This document shows, in pieces, positions 40,280 to 48,322 of a stretch of 64,000 bases of DNA; positions within the stretch are counted from its first letter, which is position 1; each line of letters starts with the position of its first letter. This stretch comes from Candidatus Daviesbacteria bacterium (GTDB lineage: Bacteria > Patescibacteriota > Microgenomatia > Daviesbacterales > UBA10151): the NCBI GenBank assembly GCA_016176335.1, contig JACOXI010000003.1, forward strand, positions 322,477 through 386,476. Reading direction: 5' to 3'. Both the position numbers and the translations under genes were made by a program. The notes beneath the pieces are model-generated. The model had not been told where the DNA came from. It saw only the letters and a list, made by a program, of their open reading frames with translations, and did no database searches.

Positions 40280-41474
40280 GTAAATCCTTACTTCGTAAGT
40301 ATACAAAAGCAAAAAGGCCAATTCCACAAGCTGTCATGAAAAGCCCAACCCAGTTTAAATAATTTGTCCGACTTTCACCTTTGACTACCGTTTGTCGGTT
40401 GCTTGATGTTGTGGCTTTTGCGGCAGGAGTAGCTATCTTAATATATTTTTCTAATGAATATTCCGCATCTTTTAAGGATATGGGCGTATCTTTCTTTCTT
40501 TGGCTTCCCGTTACACCCAAGACTTCACTATCATCTTCTTCCTCAAGTATAACTTCTTGTGCATTTATTTTTATAACTGACTCGTTACTCCAACTTAAGG
40601 ATCCATCTTCTGTATATCTTCCTACTTTAAAAATATACTCCCCTGCCCCTTCATATCCGGAGTCTAAAATATCCGGTCGGATTTCTAAATTACCCGACCA
40701 ATTTCCTTCTCCATTAGTGGTAATTTTATATTGATCTTGATATTTTATGCTGTTTTTTATCCAACTGTTTCCAACTTTTGTCAGGCCGAAATAATTTGTT
40801 CCATCTTTCTTTTTAAATGCTCCCTTAAGATAAAAAGTGGTATTGGGTTTGCCGGATAAAGACAAATTAACAACCACATTAAAAGTTTCTGTGGAATCAA
40901 TTTGAGAGGGGGTATTGGAAATGGTGAAGGTAGATGAAGAAGAGGTGGTTGAGAAGGGCGATGGGCTGGATGAGGAGTTGGGGGATGGGGAAGTAGATGG
41001 AGTTGGGGAGGGAGTTGGAGAGGGTGTGGTAAAAGCTATGGTAATATCTTTAGGTGTTTGTTGGTCAGAAGATACTTGGCTATAGCCAGAACTTGTGTAA
41101 CGTCTTATCCTTAATTTATAAGCACCCAATCCAGGATATTCTGTAGATGTTGGGGTACCGACTTTACCTTGGACAGAACCGTTCCATGTTTGGCCAGAAA
41201 CGATGGTAATAGGAAAATATTGCGTTCCAGTAGAGCCACTGTACCAACTGTTATTATTATAAGTTTCTCCAAAGTAATTTATAGAGCCATCCTTAAATAA
41301 ATCAATTCTTAAGTAATTTGTGCCAGCAGATGCTCCTGTGACAGAGACATTAATATCAAAAGTTTGATCTGAAATAGATGAGGGAATATTGGAAGTTGTG
41401 ACTGTGACAGCGAAAACGGGTCTTACCCCAAAAAAGAGGAAAAAACAAGTAAGAATGAGTAATGTGATTCTCAC
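40242..41474 (-). CDS. Secreted/surface protein with two related beta-rich domains, S/P/T linker and C-terminal TM anchor
   Basis: Signal peptide ending VFA; duplicated pattern YL..F..G.NYFG.T...NSW....QY.......W.G.......Y.G.G.Y.....RYT..G. Confidence 0.8.
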   Translation of the reverse strand: MRITLLILTCFFLFFGVRPVFAVTVTTSNIPSSISDQTFDINVSVTGASAGTNYLRIDLFKDGSINYFGETYNNNSWYSGSTGTQYFPITIVSGQTWNGSVQGKVGTPTSTEYPGLGAYKLRIRRYTSSGYSQVSSDQQTPKDITIAFTTPSPTPSPTPSTSPSPNSSSSPSPFSTTSSSSTFTISNTPSQIDSTETFNVVVNLSLSGKPNTTFYLKGAFKKKDGTNYFGLTKVGNSWIKNSIKYQDQYKITTNGEGNWSGNLEIRPDILDSGYEGAGEYIFKVGRYTEDGSLSWSNESVIKINAQEVILEEEDDSEVLGVTGSQRKKDTPISLKDAEYSLEKYIKIATPAAKATTSSNRQTVVKGESRTNYLNWVGLFMTACGIGLFAFVYLRSKDLREAIFNIFGKRN

Positions 41475-41496
41475 TACCTTAATAGTAGATCAAAAA

Positions 41497-42687
41497 TTAG
41501 GGGATATGCCAATACAAAGTAACTATATCGCTATTATCATGATCCAATAACACCCCTTTTCCTACAGTTCCTGTTAAGTAACAGGCATTGGAGTCTGAAA
41601 ACTCATAAGCCATCCCGTCTGCAACAGCCTTGATTGGATATCCAGAGGGGTTGGCAATGTCTAAGCCAGTATGTGGCGGCCAGCCGGGAATATAATCTGA
41701 TCCAGATGCCCCATAAAGAGTAGTTATATCTCCATAACAGGAACTGGTAAAATTACATTTGTTACCAGAGTAGTTATCAAGTGGTGAACCGAACTGAGAA
41801 TTTATGTAAGGCTTTGGATCTACTTTATTTTCCCGTCCTACTACATTATTATTTTCCACTCTGGCATTGGTCATTACTTCAAAGTGTAGATGGGGTCCTG
41901 TGGAACATCCGGAATTACCAACAGATGCAATTACCTCTCCTTTTTTAACAGGTCCTTTTTTTACACCTACCCCGCTTAAGGCACGTCTAATAGAGTCGGT
42001 ATCTGCTCTAAGCTGAGCAATTAAACCTTGATAGCGAGCTTCATCGTTTTTGGTAATTGCCAAAAGTTCATCCTTGGCCTTTTTTTGTTGAGTCAGTTGA
42101 TCCTTATAAACAGATAATTCTTTATTTAATTTTTCCGCCTCTTGTTGTCTTGTTTCCTTATCCTGTTTTTGTTCGTTGTAAGCAAGTTTGGTAGCTTGCA
42201 GCTCATATAATTTTTTCTTATCATAAGCTTGGGCAACCTGGATGTATTTTAATCTCTCAATTAGTTCAGCAAAACCGTGTGAGGAAAAAAGTAGATCAAA
42301 GGTAGTGACGGCATTACCGTATTTATAGGTTTGAATAATTCTTTTTAATAAAATTTCGGAAAGTGTATCCAAAGTTTTGGAAATCCTGTCAATTCTTCCT
42401 GATAAATCATTAATCTCCCTTTCTAATTTTTCAATTTTTAAACTCGTTTCCTCAATTTTTAAAGTTGTAACCTTAGTTTGCCCATCAATGATGGTAAGCT
42501 GTGATTGTAAAGTCTTTTCCGTGCCTCTCACTTGTTGCAGTTGAGCTTCAAGTTTTTGGATCTCTGCCTGTTTTTCCTGAAGTTGTTTTGATAGATCATC
42601 TTGAGATTGTGCGGATACGCCAAGCGTAAACAAAAGATTGATGAATGAGAAGATAAAGATGAAAAACAAGAGGGAAACTTTTCTCAT
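41497..42687 (-). CDS. FtsEX-associated coiled-coil protein with circularly permuted M23 metallopeptidase domain
   Basis: Signal peptide, long EnvC/CwlO-like coiled coil, STGPHLHFEV located before HTGLD; directly downstream of ftsX. Confidence 0.85.
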   Translation of the reverse strand: MRKVSLLFFIFIFSFINLLFTLGVSAQSQDDLSKQLQEKQAEIQKLEAQLQQVRGTEKTLQSQLTIIDGQTKVTTLKIEETSLKIEKLEREINDLSGRIDRISKTLDTLSEILLKRIIQTYKYGNAVTTFDLLFSSHGFAELIERLKYIQVAQAYDKKKLYELQATKLAYNEQKQDKETRQQEAEKLNKELSVYKDQLTQQKKAKDELLAITKNDEARYQGLIAQLRADTDSIRRALSGVGVKKGPVKKGEVIASVGNSGCSTGPHLHFEVMTNARVENNNVVGRENKVDPKPYINSQFGSPLDNYSGNKCNFTSSCYGDITTLYGASGSDYIPGWPPHTGLDIANPSGYPIKAVADGMAYEFSDSNACYLTGTVGKGVLLDHDNSDIVTLYWHIP

Positions 42688-42706
42688 TTGGTGTAAAAAT
42701 ACTCCC

Positions 42707-43579
42707 TTATATCTTAAGGTAACGCCTAACTGCACCCAAGGAGCCTAATCCTCCAATGACACAAGCCATAAGTAGCACCACTCCCAGTAATGCCATCATG
42801 AAGACGGGATTAACCGGCAGCATTTTTACTTCTCCCAAGTATCCTTGCAAAAATGGAGTAAAGTACCAAAGTAAAATATAAATAATTATCCAGGATGATA
42901 CGGCACCTGCAACTCCATAAAACATACCCTCCAAAATAAAAGGGTTTCTGACAAAGGATGAGGATGCCCCCAAAAGCCTCATTGTTTCTATCTCTCCTCT
43001 TCGAAGCCTTATTTTAAAACCTATTATCATCAAAATCACCAGCATAGAAAATATCAGCAGGAATCCAACTATGGAGCCGCCCACCAGTCGTATAATAGTT
43101 GTGATGGCGGTTAAGGTTTCAATAACATCCACTGGTACTATTACCTCGGAAACCACCGGCTCTTTACTTACAATTTGGGCGATAGGTTTCAAATCGTCAG
43201 GGCTTTTGGTAGATACTTCCAAAGAAGCCGGCAGTATATTGGCGGTCACCAACTCCAAGAGAGTTGGGTCATTTTTATTTTTCTCACGGTAAATTTCCAA
43301 AGCTTCCTGTTTTGAAACAAATTTTGTTGCAATAACCCTTGCTTCTGCCTTTAGGGCATTTTCAATTGTTGAAACATCCTGATCGGTTGTACCCTCTTTG
43401 AAAAAAACAATTATTTGAGGTTTACTTTCAAAAAATCGTAGAGCTTGCTGTGATCCTGCTGCAACCAAAAGAAAAGCAAGGAGCGCAAAAAAAGTTAAAA
43501 ACATCACCATTGAGGCGGCAATTGCCTGAATTGGAGTTCTTCTAATATTTCTTTTGGCAAACTCAAAAGATCTACTCAT
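42707..43579 (-). CDS. ftsX: Cell division permease FtsX
   Basis: 4 TM, VSKQEAL, N.LPASLEV, EIETMRLLGAS..FVR.PF..EG. Confidence 0.93.
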   Translation of the reverse strand: MSRSFEFAKRNIRRTPIQAIAASMVMFLTFFALLAFLLVAAGSQQALRFFESKPQIIVFFKEGTTDQDVSTIENALKAEARVIATKFVSKQEALEIYREKNKNDPTLLELVTANILPASLEVSTKSPDDLKPIAQIVSKEPVVSEVIVPVDVIETLTAITTIIRLVGGSIVGFLLIFSMLVILMIIGFKIRLRRGEIETMRLLGASSSFVRNPFILEGMFYGVAGAVSSWIIIYILLWYFTPFLQGYLGEVKMLPVNPVFMMALLGVVLLMACVIGGLGSLGAVRRYLKI

Positions 43580-44246
43580 ATTTACCCTCCTTGCTGTCTT
43601 TTACAATTTTGCCGGTTTTTAAGACAACAACCCTTCTTTTTAAGGTATTTACAATTTCCTGATTGTGGGTGGCCATGATAATTGTTGTACCCCAGGAGTT
43701 TATTTCATTTAAAAGTTGGATTACCCCCCAGGCTGTTTTAGGGTCCAAATCTCCTGTTGGTTCATCTGCCAAAAGAACATCAGGTTTCCCTACAATAGCT
43801 CTGGCAATTGCAGTTCTTTGTGCTTCTCCTCCCGAAAGTTGTCTTGGGAAAAGATTTCTTTTATCCCAAATTTCAACCAGTTTTAAAATATGCTCAACTC
43901 CTTTTTCAATTTCTTTATTGCTTTTTCCCCGAACTTCCAAAGCAAGAGCAACATTTTCAAAAACGGTTCTCTCGTCCAGCAGCTTAAAATCTTGGAAAAC
44001 TACCCCGACTCTTCTCCTCAAATGGGGAATTTCTTTATGCGGCAGTTTTGTTAAATCCCTTTTATCAAGATATACTTTTCCAGATGTTGGTAGTAGTTCT
44101 CTGGTTAAGATTCGAAGGAGTGTAGATTTGCCAGCACCGGAGGGTCCCACTATAAAAACAAATTCGCCCTGTTTTATCTCTAAGGAGATATCATCTAAAG
44201 CGATGGAGGAGCCAAATTTTTTTGTGACAGATTCGAAGACAATCAT
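43572..44246 (-). CDS. ftsE: Cell division ATP-binding protein FtsE
   Basis: GPSGAGKST, LRRRVGVVFQDFKLL, LSGGE.QR, ADEPTG.LDP. Confidence 0.95.
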   Translation of the reverse strand: MIVFESVTKKFGSSIALDDISLEIKQGEFVFIVGPSGAGKSTLLRILTRELLPTSGKVYLDKRDLTKLPHKEIPHLRRRVGVVFQDFKLLDERTVFENVALALEVRGKSNKEIEKGVEHILKLVEIWDKRNLFPRQLSGGEAQRTAIARAIVGKPDVLLADEPTGDLDPKTAWGVIQLLNEINSWGTTIIMATHNQEIVNTLKRRVVVLKTGKIVKDSKEGKYE

Positions 44247-44690
44247 TCATTTAATCTCTTCTATTTTACCAACATCCATTAACCAACCTTCTTTAATGGC
44301 TTTTTGGGTTTCACCGAAAACTTTCACTTTTTTATCTTCATATTGAGACAAATCTACAACAGAGGAGGTAAGGGCAACAGGTACAGCTCCTTCCCGCGCA
44401 AGCAAATGTGTGCCTTCAACATACTCTGTCGGATTTTTAGGTTGCGGTCTGGCTTGAATTGTACCTTCCGCAAAATCCCTGAAAGTTCTGGTATCTTGTT
44501 GTGGAGCGGCAGGGGTTTTATTAGCACCCAACGGGGATATATTGGCTCCACTACCTTTGGAAGAAAGAATATAGCCTGTGACCGTACCCAATAAAATAGC
44601 AGCTACCGCCACTACAATCAGCATCCTGATAGGGCTCATGTTGGAAAAATGCTTGGTGATATTTTCATAAGGTGTGGTCTTTTCTTCCAT
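44247..44690 (-). CDS. Hypothetical single-TM protein
   Basis: N-terminal TM and small beta-rich C-terminal domain (EGTH.L.R.G...V.LTSSVVDL). Confidence 0.75.
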   Translation of the reverse strand: MEEKTTPYENITKHFSNMSPIRMLIVVAVAAILLGTVTGYILSSKGSGANISPLGANKTPAAPQQDTRTFRDFAEGTIQARPQPKNPTEYVEGTHLLAREGAVPVALTSSVVDLSQYEDKKVKVFGETQKAIKEGWLMDVGKIEEIK

Positions 44691-44726
44691 TGTCTTTCTA
44701 TATTAACAATAAATTGAGTAATTTGT

Positions 44727-45803
44727 CTATCCTGTATTTTGAACTTTAGTTTCGGCTTCTATGAACTTATCCAAATCCCCATCCAATACTGCATTTGTAT
44801 CCGAGGTTTCAATTTCTGTCCGTAGATCCTTAACCATGTGGTATGGATGTAGAACATATGATCTAATTTGGGTACCCCAAGAAGCTTGAGTTGCAGTGCC
44901 TTTTAGTTGTTTAGTTAACTGCTCTTTTTCTCCCTGTTGTTTCTCCCAAAGTTTAGAAAGAAGTAATTTCATAGCACTTTCTCTATTCTGCAACTGCGAT
45001 CTTTCGGTCTGTGCCGTCACTGTAAGGCCGGATGGTTTATGCTTAACTCTGACTGCTGTTGAAACTTTGTTAACATTTTGGCCTCCTGCACCACCGGATC
45101 TAAAAGCATCAAATTCAATATCTTTCTCATCAACTGCTATTTCCGAAGATTCAATAACCGGTAAAACTTCAACCAAAGCAAAAGAAGTTTGTCTCAACTT
45201 ATCTGCATTGAAAGGTGACTGGCGAACTAATCTGTGTGTACCCCTCTCTCCTTTTAAATAGCCGTAAGCGTAGGGTTCGTGTACAATCATGGAAAAAGTT
45301 TTATATCCTGCTTCATCCCCCAGCATCTCATCTGTTATTTCAAATTTCCAATCCTTTTTTTCACAATACCTTTGGTACATCCGGGCTAACATTGCTGCCC
45401 AATCCATAGCTTCAACCCCGCCTGCCCCGGAGTGGACGGAGACAATCGCTTCTGACTCGTCGTGCGGGTTCGATAAAAATAATTTTAGCTCCAGTTTATC
45501 CAGGATTTCTTCAAGCTCCTTTGTTTCTTTCTTTAACTCCTCCTCCATTGATACTTCTTCCGAGATTTCCAGGGCATTACTGATTCTTGTCTCCAGACTT
45601 TCCAATGTGGATAGTGTTTTTTGCTTATCTGATAACTTCCTACTGACAGATGATGACTCCTTTTGATCATTCCAAAAATCTTCCTTCATGGTTTGAGCCT
45701 CAAGTTGCCTGATGTCCCCACGTAATTTATCCAGATCAGTTTGATCGGAAATTTTTTTAAATCTGTTTTGCAAATCTTTTACTTTCTTCTGAACTTCTTC
45801 CAT
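44727..45803 (-). CDS. prfB: Peptide chain release factor 2, single ORF without frameshift
   Basis: DWAAML.RMY, SPF tripeptide, GGQ, WG.QIRSYVLHPY. Confidence 0.96.
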   Translation of the reverse strand: MEEVQKKVKDLQNRFKKISDQTDLDKLRGDIRQLEAQTMKEDFWNDQKESSSVSRKLSDKQKTLSTLESLETRISNALEISEEVSMEEELKKETKELEEILDKLELKLFLSNPHDESEAIVSVHSGAGGVEAMDWAAMLARMYQRYCEKKDWKFEITDEMLGDEAGYKTFSMIVHEPYAYGYLKGERGTHRLVRQSPFNADKLRQTSFALVEVLPVIESSEIAVDEKDIEFDAFRSGGAGGQNVNKVSTAVRVKHKPSGLTVTAQTERSQLQNRESAMKLLLSKLWEKQQGEKEQLTKQLKGTATQASWGTQIRSYVLHPYHMVKDLRTEIETSDTNAVLDGDLDKFIEAETKVQNTG

Positions 45804-45882
45804 AGGGGAAATTATATTATGAACGAGATGAATAATATAGTCCTATGGTTTATATCAGTTTTGAGGTAAAATCTGGGGTATT

Positions 45883-46197
45883 ATGATTTTGCATATTGAT
45901 ACCAGGGGCGGCTCTGCCGCTAAAGATCGTGAAGCAATAATTGTTTCTTTAAAGAAGGATGGGCAAGTTGTGAAAAGTTTATCGGAAAAAAATGAATACG
46001 GATCACAGGTGCTTTTGCCGCTGATTGAGAAGCTGCTGAAAAAAAGGATATGGAAACAGTTGGAAGGAATTGAGGTTGGGGTTGGACCAGGTTCTTTTAC
46101 GGGACTTCGAGTTGGAGTATCTGTTGCAAATGCTTTAGGTTTTTCTCTAGATATTCCGGTTAATGGGAAGAAAATAGAGACAGAACTTAAATATTAA
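45883..46197 (+). CDS. tsaB: Short TsaB-like protein (N-terminal lobe only)
   Basis: IL.IDT, SQVLLPLIEKLL, GPGSFTGLRVG...ANAL. Confidence 0.8.
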   Translation: MILHIDTRGGSAAKDREAIIVSLKKDGQVVKSLSEKNEYGSQVLLPLIEKLLKKRIWKQLEGIEVGVGPGSFTGLRVGVSVANALGFSLDIPVNGKKIETELKY

Positions 46198-46275
46198 TTC
46201 AGAATTCAGAATTTATAATTCAGAATTCTAAACTCTAAATTCAATTCTTAATTCTAAACTCTAGATTCTAAATTT
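46194..46275. repeat. Heptamer tandem array, about 12 units
   Basis: TTAATTC AGAATTC AGAATTT ATAATTC AGAATTC TAAACTC TAAATTC AATTC TTAATTC TAAACTC TAGATTC TAAATTT. Confidence 0.88.
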
Positions 46276-46301
46276 TCTTCAGCTCATGTTATACTTTCTA
46301 T

Positions 46302-47186
46302 ATGCTCTGGCATAAAATTCATCATTGGTTTATCCCGCATAAAGACACCCACAAAAAAGCCCATCTTCTTTCTTGGGAAGGCTTAGTCATCTATATTATG
46401 ATTTTTATCCTTTTGCAGGTGGGTTTTTCCATAGTAGGGTATACAAAACCTGGAATTTTAGGTATTACCTCAAGCATTGACCAAAAAATGTTGATTGAAC
46501 TAACCAACAAAGAAAGAGAGAGATTGGGACTTGTTCCTGTGACGGAAAATGAAGCTTTGGATAAGGCAGCTTCGGCTAAAGCCCAAAATATGTTTTCCGA
46601 AAATTACTGGGCTCACTTTGCCCCCTCCGGCAAAACCCCCTGGGATTTTATTCTGGGATCAGGGTATAAGTTTACTTTTGCCGGGGAAAATCTGGCCAAA
46701 AATTTTTATGATTCCGCAGGGGTGGTAACTGCTTGGATGGCATCTAAAACACACAGAGAAAATCTGCTAAATGCCAGATATCAAGATATTGGGATTGCGG
46801 TAGCGGAAGGCGTCTTAAATGGTCAAAAAACAACACTTGTGGTGCAAATGTTTGGCACAACCGGCGCTATCGGTCCGGCTCCGATTGTTGACATTGGCGG
46901 ACAAAGAATTGAAATTTCAAAACAAGAATATCTTGAAAAACCGCAACTGGTTGCTGCTGTTTCGGAAGGGCGTCCACAGATAAAACCTTTGTTTGATCCA
47001 TATTTTGCAACTAAAACCTTGGGGTTTTTCCTAATTACTCTTATGGGAGGACTGCTTTTAGTTGACATATTTGTTCTGTACAGAAGAGGAATATTTAGGA
47101 TAAGCTCGCACTATATTGCTCACATGTCAATTCTTTCAATTGCATCCGCAGGATTAATTTTCGCAAATCCGGGGAGTATATTGTAA
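46302..47186 (+). CDS. CAP (SCP/YkwD) domain membrane protein
   Basis: TNKER, KAQNM...YWAH, AGENLA, WMAS..HRENLL, IGIAV, VVQMFG. Confidence 0.9.
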   Translation: MLWHKIHHWFIPHKDTHKKAHLLSWEGLVIYIMIFILLQVGFSIVGYTKPGILGITSSIDQKMLIELTNKERERLGLVPVTENEALDKAASAKAQNMFSENYWAHFAPSGKTPWDFILGSGYKFTFAGENLAKNFYDSAGVVTAWMASKTHRENLLNARYQDIGIAVAEGVLNGQKTTLVVQMFGTTGAIGPAPIVDIGGQRIEISKQEYLEKPQLVAAVSEGRPQIKPLFDPYFATKTLGFFLITLMGGLLLVDIFVLYRRGIFRISSHYIAHMSILSIASAGLIFANPGSIL

Positions 47187-47239
47187 GGACCTGCTTCGCT
47201 CGCAGTATGCAAAATTTTACTGCTCGCTTGCAGAACCTT
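47185..47239. repeat. Intergenic nested palindrome
   Basis: AAGG..CTGC ttcgctc GCAGTA..TACTGC tcgctt GCAG..CCTT, followed by a T-run. Confidence 0.65.
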
Positions 47240-47261
47240 GCCTTTTTAGTAAACTAAAAAC

Positions 47262-47519
47262 GTGAAACTAAGAAAACAAAAATTAATCAATAATATCTTT
47301 TTTGTAGTATTAACTCTGGCGTCAATTTATTTGATTTTCAAAAACAGAAATTCTACCAACCTATCTTTATCTATAATGCTTGGAGCTGCCAGTATTTATC
47401 TTGCCTGGGCGTTAATTTATCATAAGATTGACAAAAGTTTGACATTACCCATTTTTTTGGAGTATCTTTTAACTGCTGTTTTGGTTTTGATATTACTTTT
47501 GGGAGTTTTATATAATTAA
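47262..47519 (+). CDS. Small three-TM hypothetical protein
   Basis: Hydrophobic ORF with Y..W...H..D..L.....EY pattern; -10 box 6 nt upstream. Confidence 0.75.
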   Translation: MKLRKQKLINNIFFVVLTLASIYLIFKNRNSTNLSLSIMLGAASIYLAWALIYHKIDKSLTLPIFLEYLLTAVLVLILLLGVLYN

Positions 47520-47522
47520 ATA

Positions 47523-48245
47523 ATGAAAGGCATCATATTGGCAGGAGGGTTAGGGACCCGTCTTTACCCTCTGACTAAAGTAACCAATAAACATTTATTA
47601 CCGGTTTACAACAAGCCGATGATTTTTTACCCCATTGATACCCTTGTCAAGGCGGGTATTACCGATATTTTGGTGGTGACCGGTGGCCCTCATTGTGGTG
47701 ACTTTATGTCAATTTTAAAGAATGGTCAGCAGTTGGGTATTAAACATTTGGAATATGCATATCAGGAAGATGAAGGGGGGATAGCCCATGCCTTATCTTT
47801 GGGGGAAAATTTTGCTGAAGGAGATAGTATTACGGTTATCCTGGGTGATAACACTTCTGATTCGGATATTTCCGAGTCTGTGGCAAACTTTAAAGAAGGA
47901 GCGTTAATATATCTTAAGAAAGTTCCCGACCCCCAGCGTTTCGGTATTGCCACCTTTGACCCAAAAGATGGGTCAAAAATAATTAAGATCACAGAAAAAC
48001 CCCACAAAGCGGATTCTGATATGGCGGTAACAGGAGTTTACATCTATGATAATCAGGTTTTTGATTTTATTAGACAAATAAAACCTTCGGGCAGAGGAGA
48101 GTTGGAAATCACTGATGTTAATAATAAATATATAGAAAAAGGACAATTAAATTGGAGTGAGCTCAAGGGCTATTGGTGGGATGCCGGAACCTTTGATACC
48201 CTGCTTGAGGCCAATAATTATTGGGCCAAGAAAGCAAAAGGATAA
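47523..48245 (+). CDS. rmlA: Glucose-1-phosphate thymidylyltransferase, short form (RmlA/SpsI-like)
   Basis: GIILAGGLGTRLYPLT..NKHLLPVY.KPMI, LGDN, EKP, RGELEITD, WWDAGT. Confidence 0.88.
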   Translation: MKGIILAGGLGTRLYPLTKVTNKHLLPVYNKPMIFYPIDTLVKAGITDILVVTGGPHCGDFMSILKNGQQLGIKHLEYAYQEDEGGIAHALSLGENFAEGDSITVILGDNTSDSDISESVANFKEGALIYLKKVPDPQRFGIATFDPKDGSKIIKITEKPHKADSDMAVTGVYIYDNQVFDFIRQIKPSGRGELEITDVNNKYIEKGQLNWSELKGYWWDAGTFDTLLEANNYWAKKAKG

Positions 48246-48251
48246 TAAACA

Positions 48252-48287
48252 ATGAAGGTTTTAGTGACAGGAGGCGCGGGTTTTTAG
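48252..48287 (+). pseudogene. 11-codon remnant of an NAD-dependent epimerase start (MKVLVTGGAGF*)
   Basis: Own translation; ends within the hairpin GGTTTT..GAGC-GTTA-GCTC..AAAACC, 35 nt before the true rmlB start. Confidence 0.7.
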
Positions 48288-48322
48288 AGCGTTAGCTCGC
48301 AAAACCGGCCAGCAAGAAACAC

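Noticed and set aside
43663-44346. 227-aa + strand ORF and the many other 60-160 aa ORFs overlapping called genes
   Set aside because: Antisense or off-frame shadows of conserved genes (here ftsE), with no motifs or start signals
46194-46275. Possible CRISPR array
   Set aside because: 7-nt tandem units without spacers; no cas genes or 23-47 nt spaced repeats seen in the window
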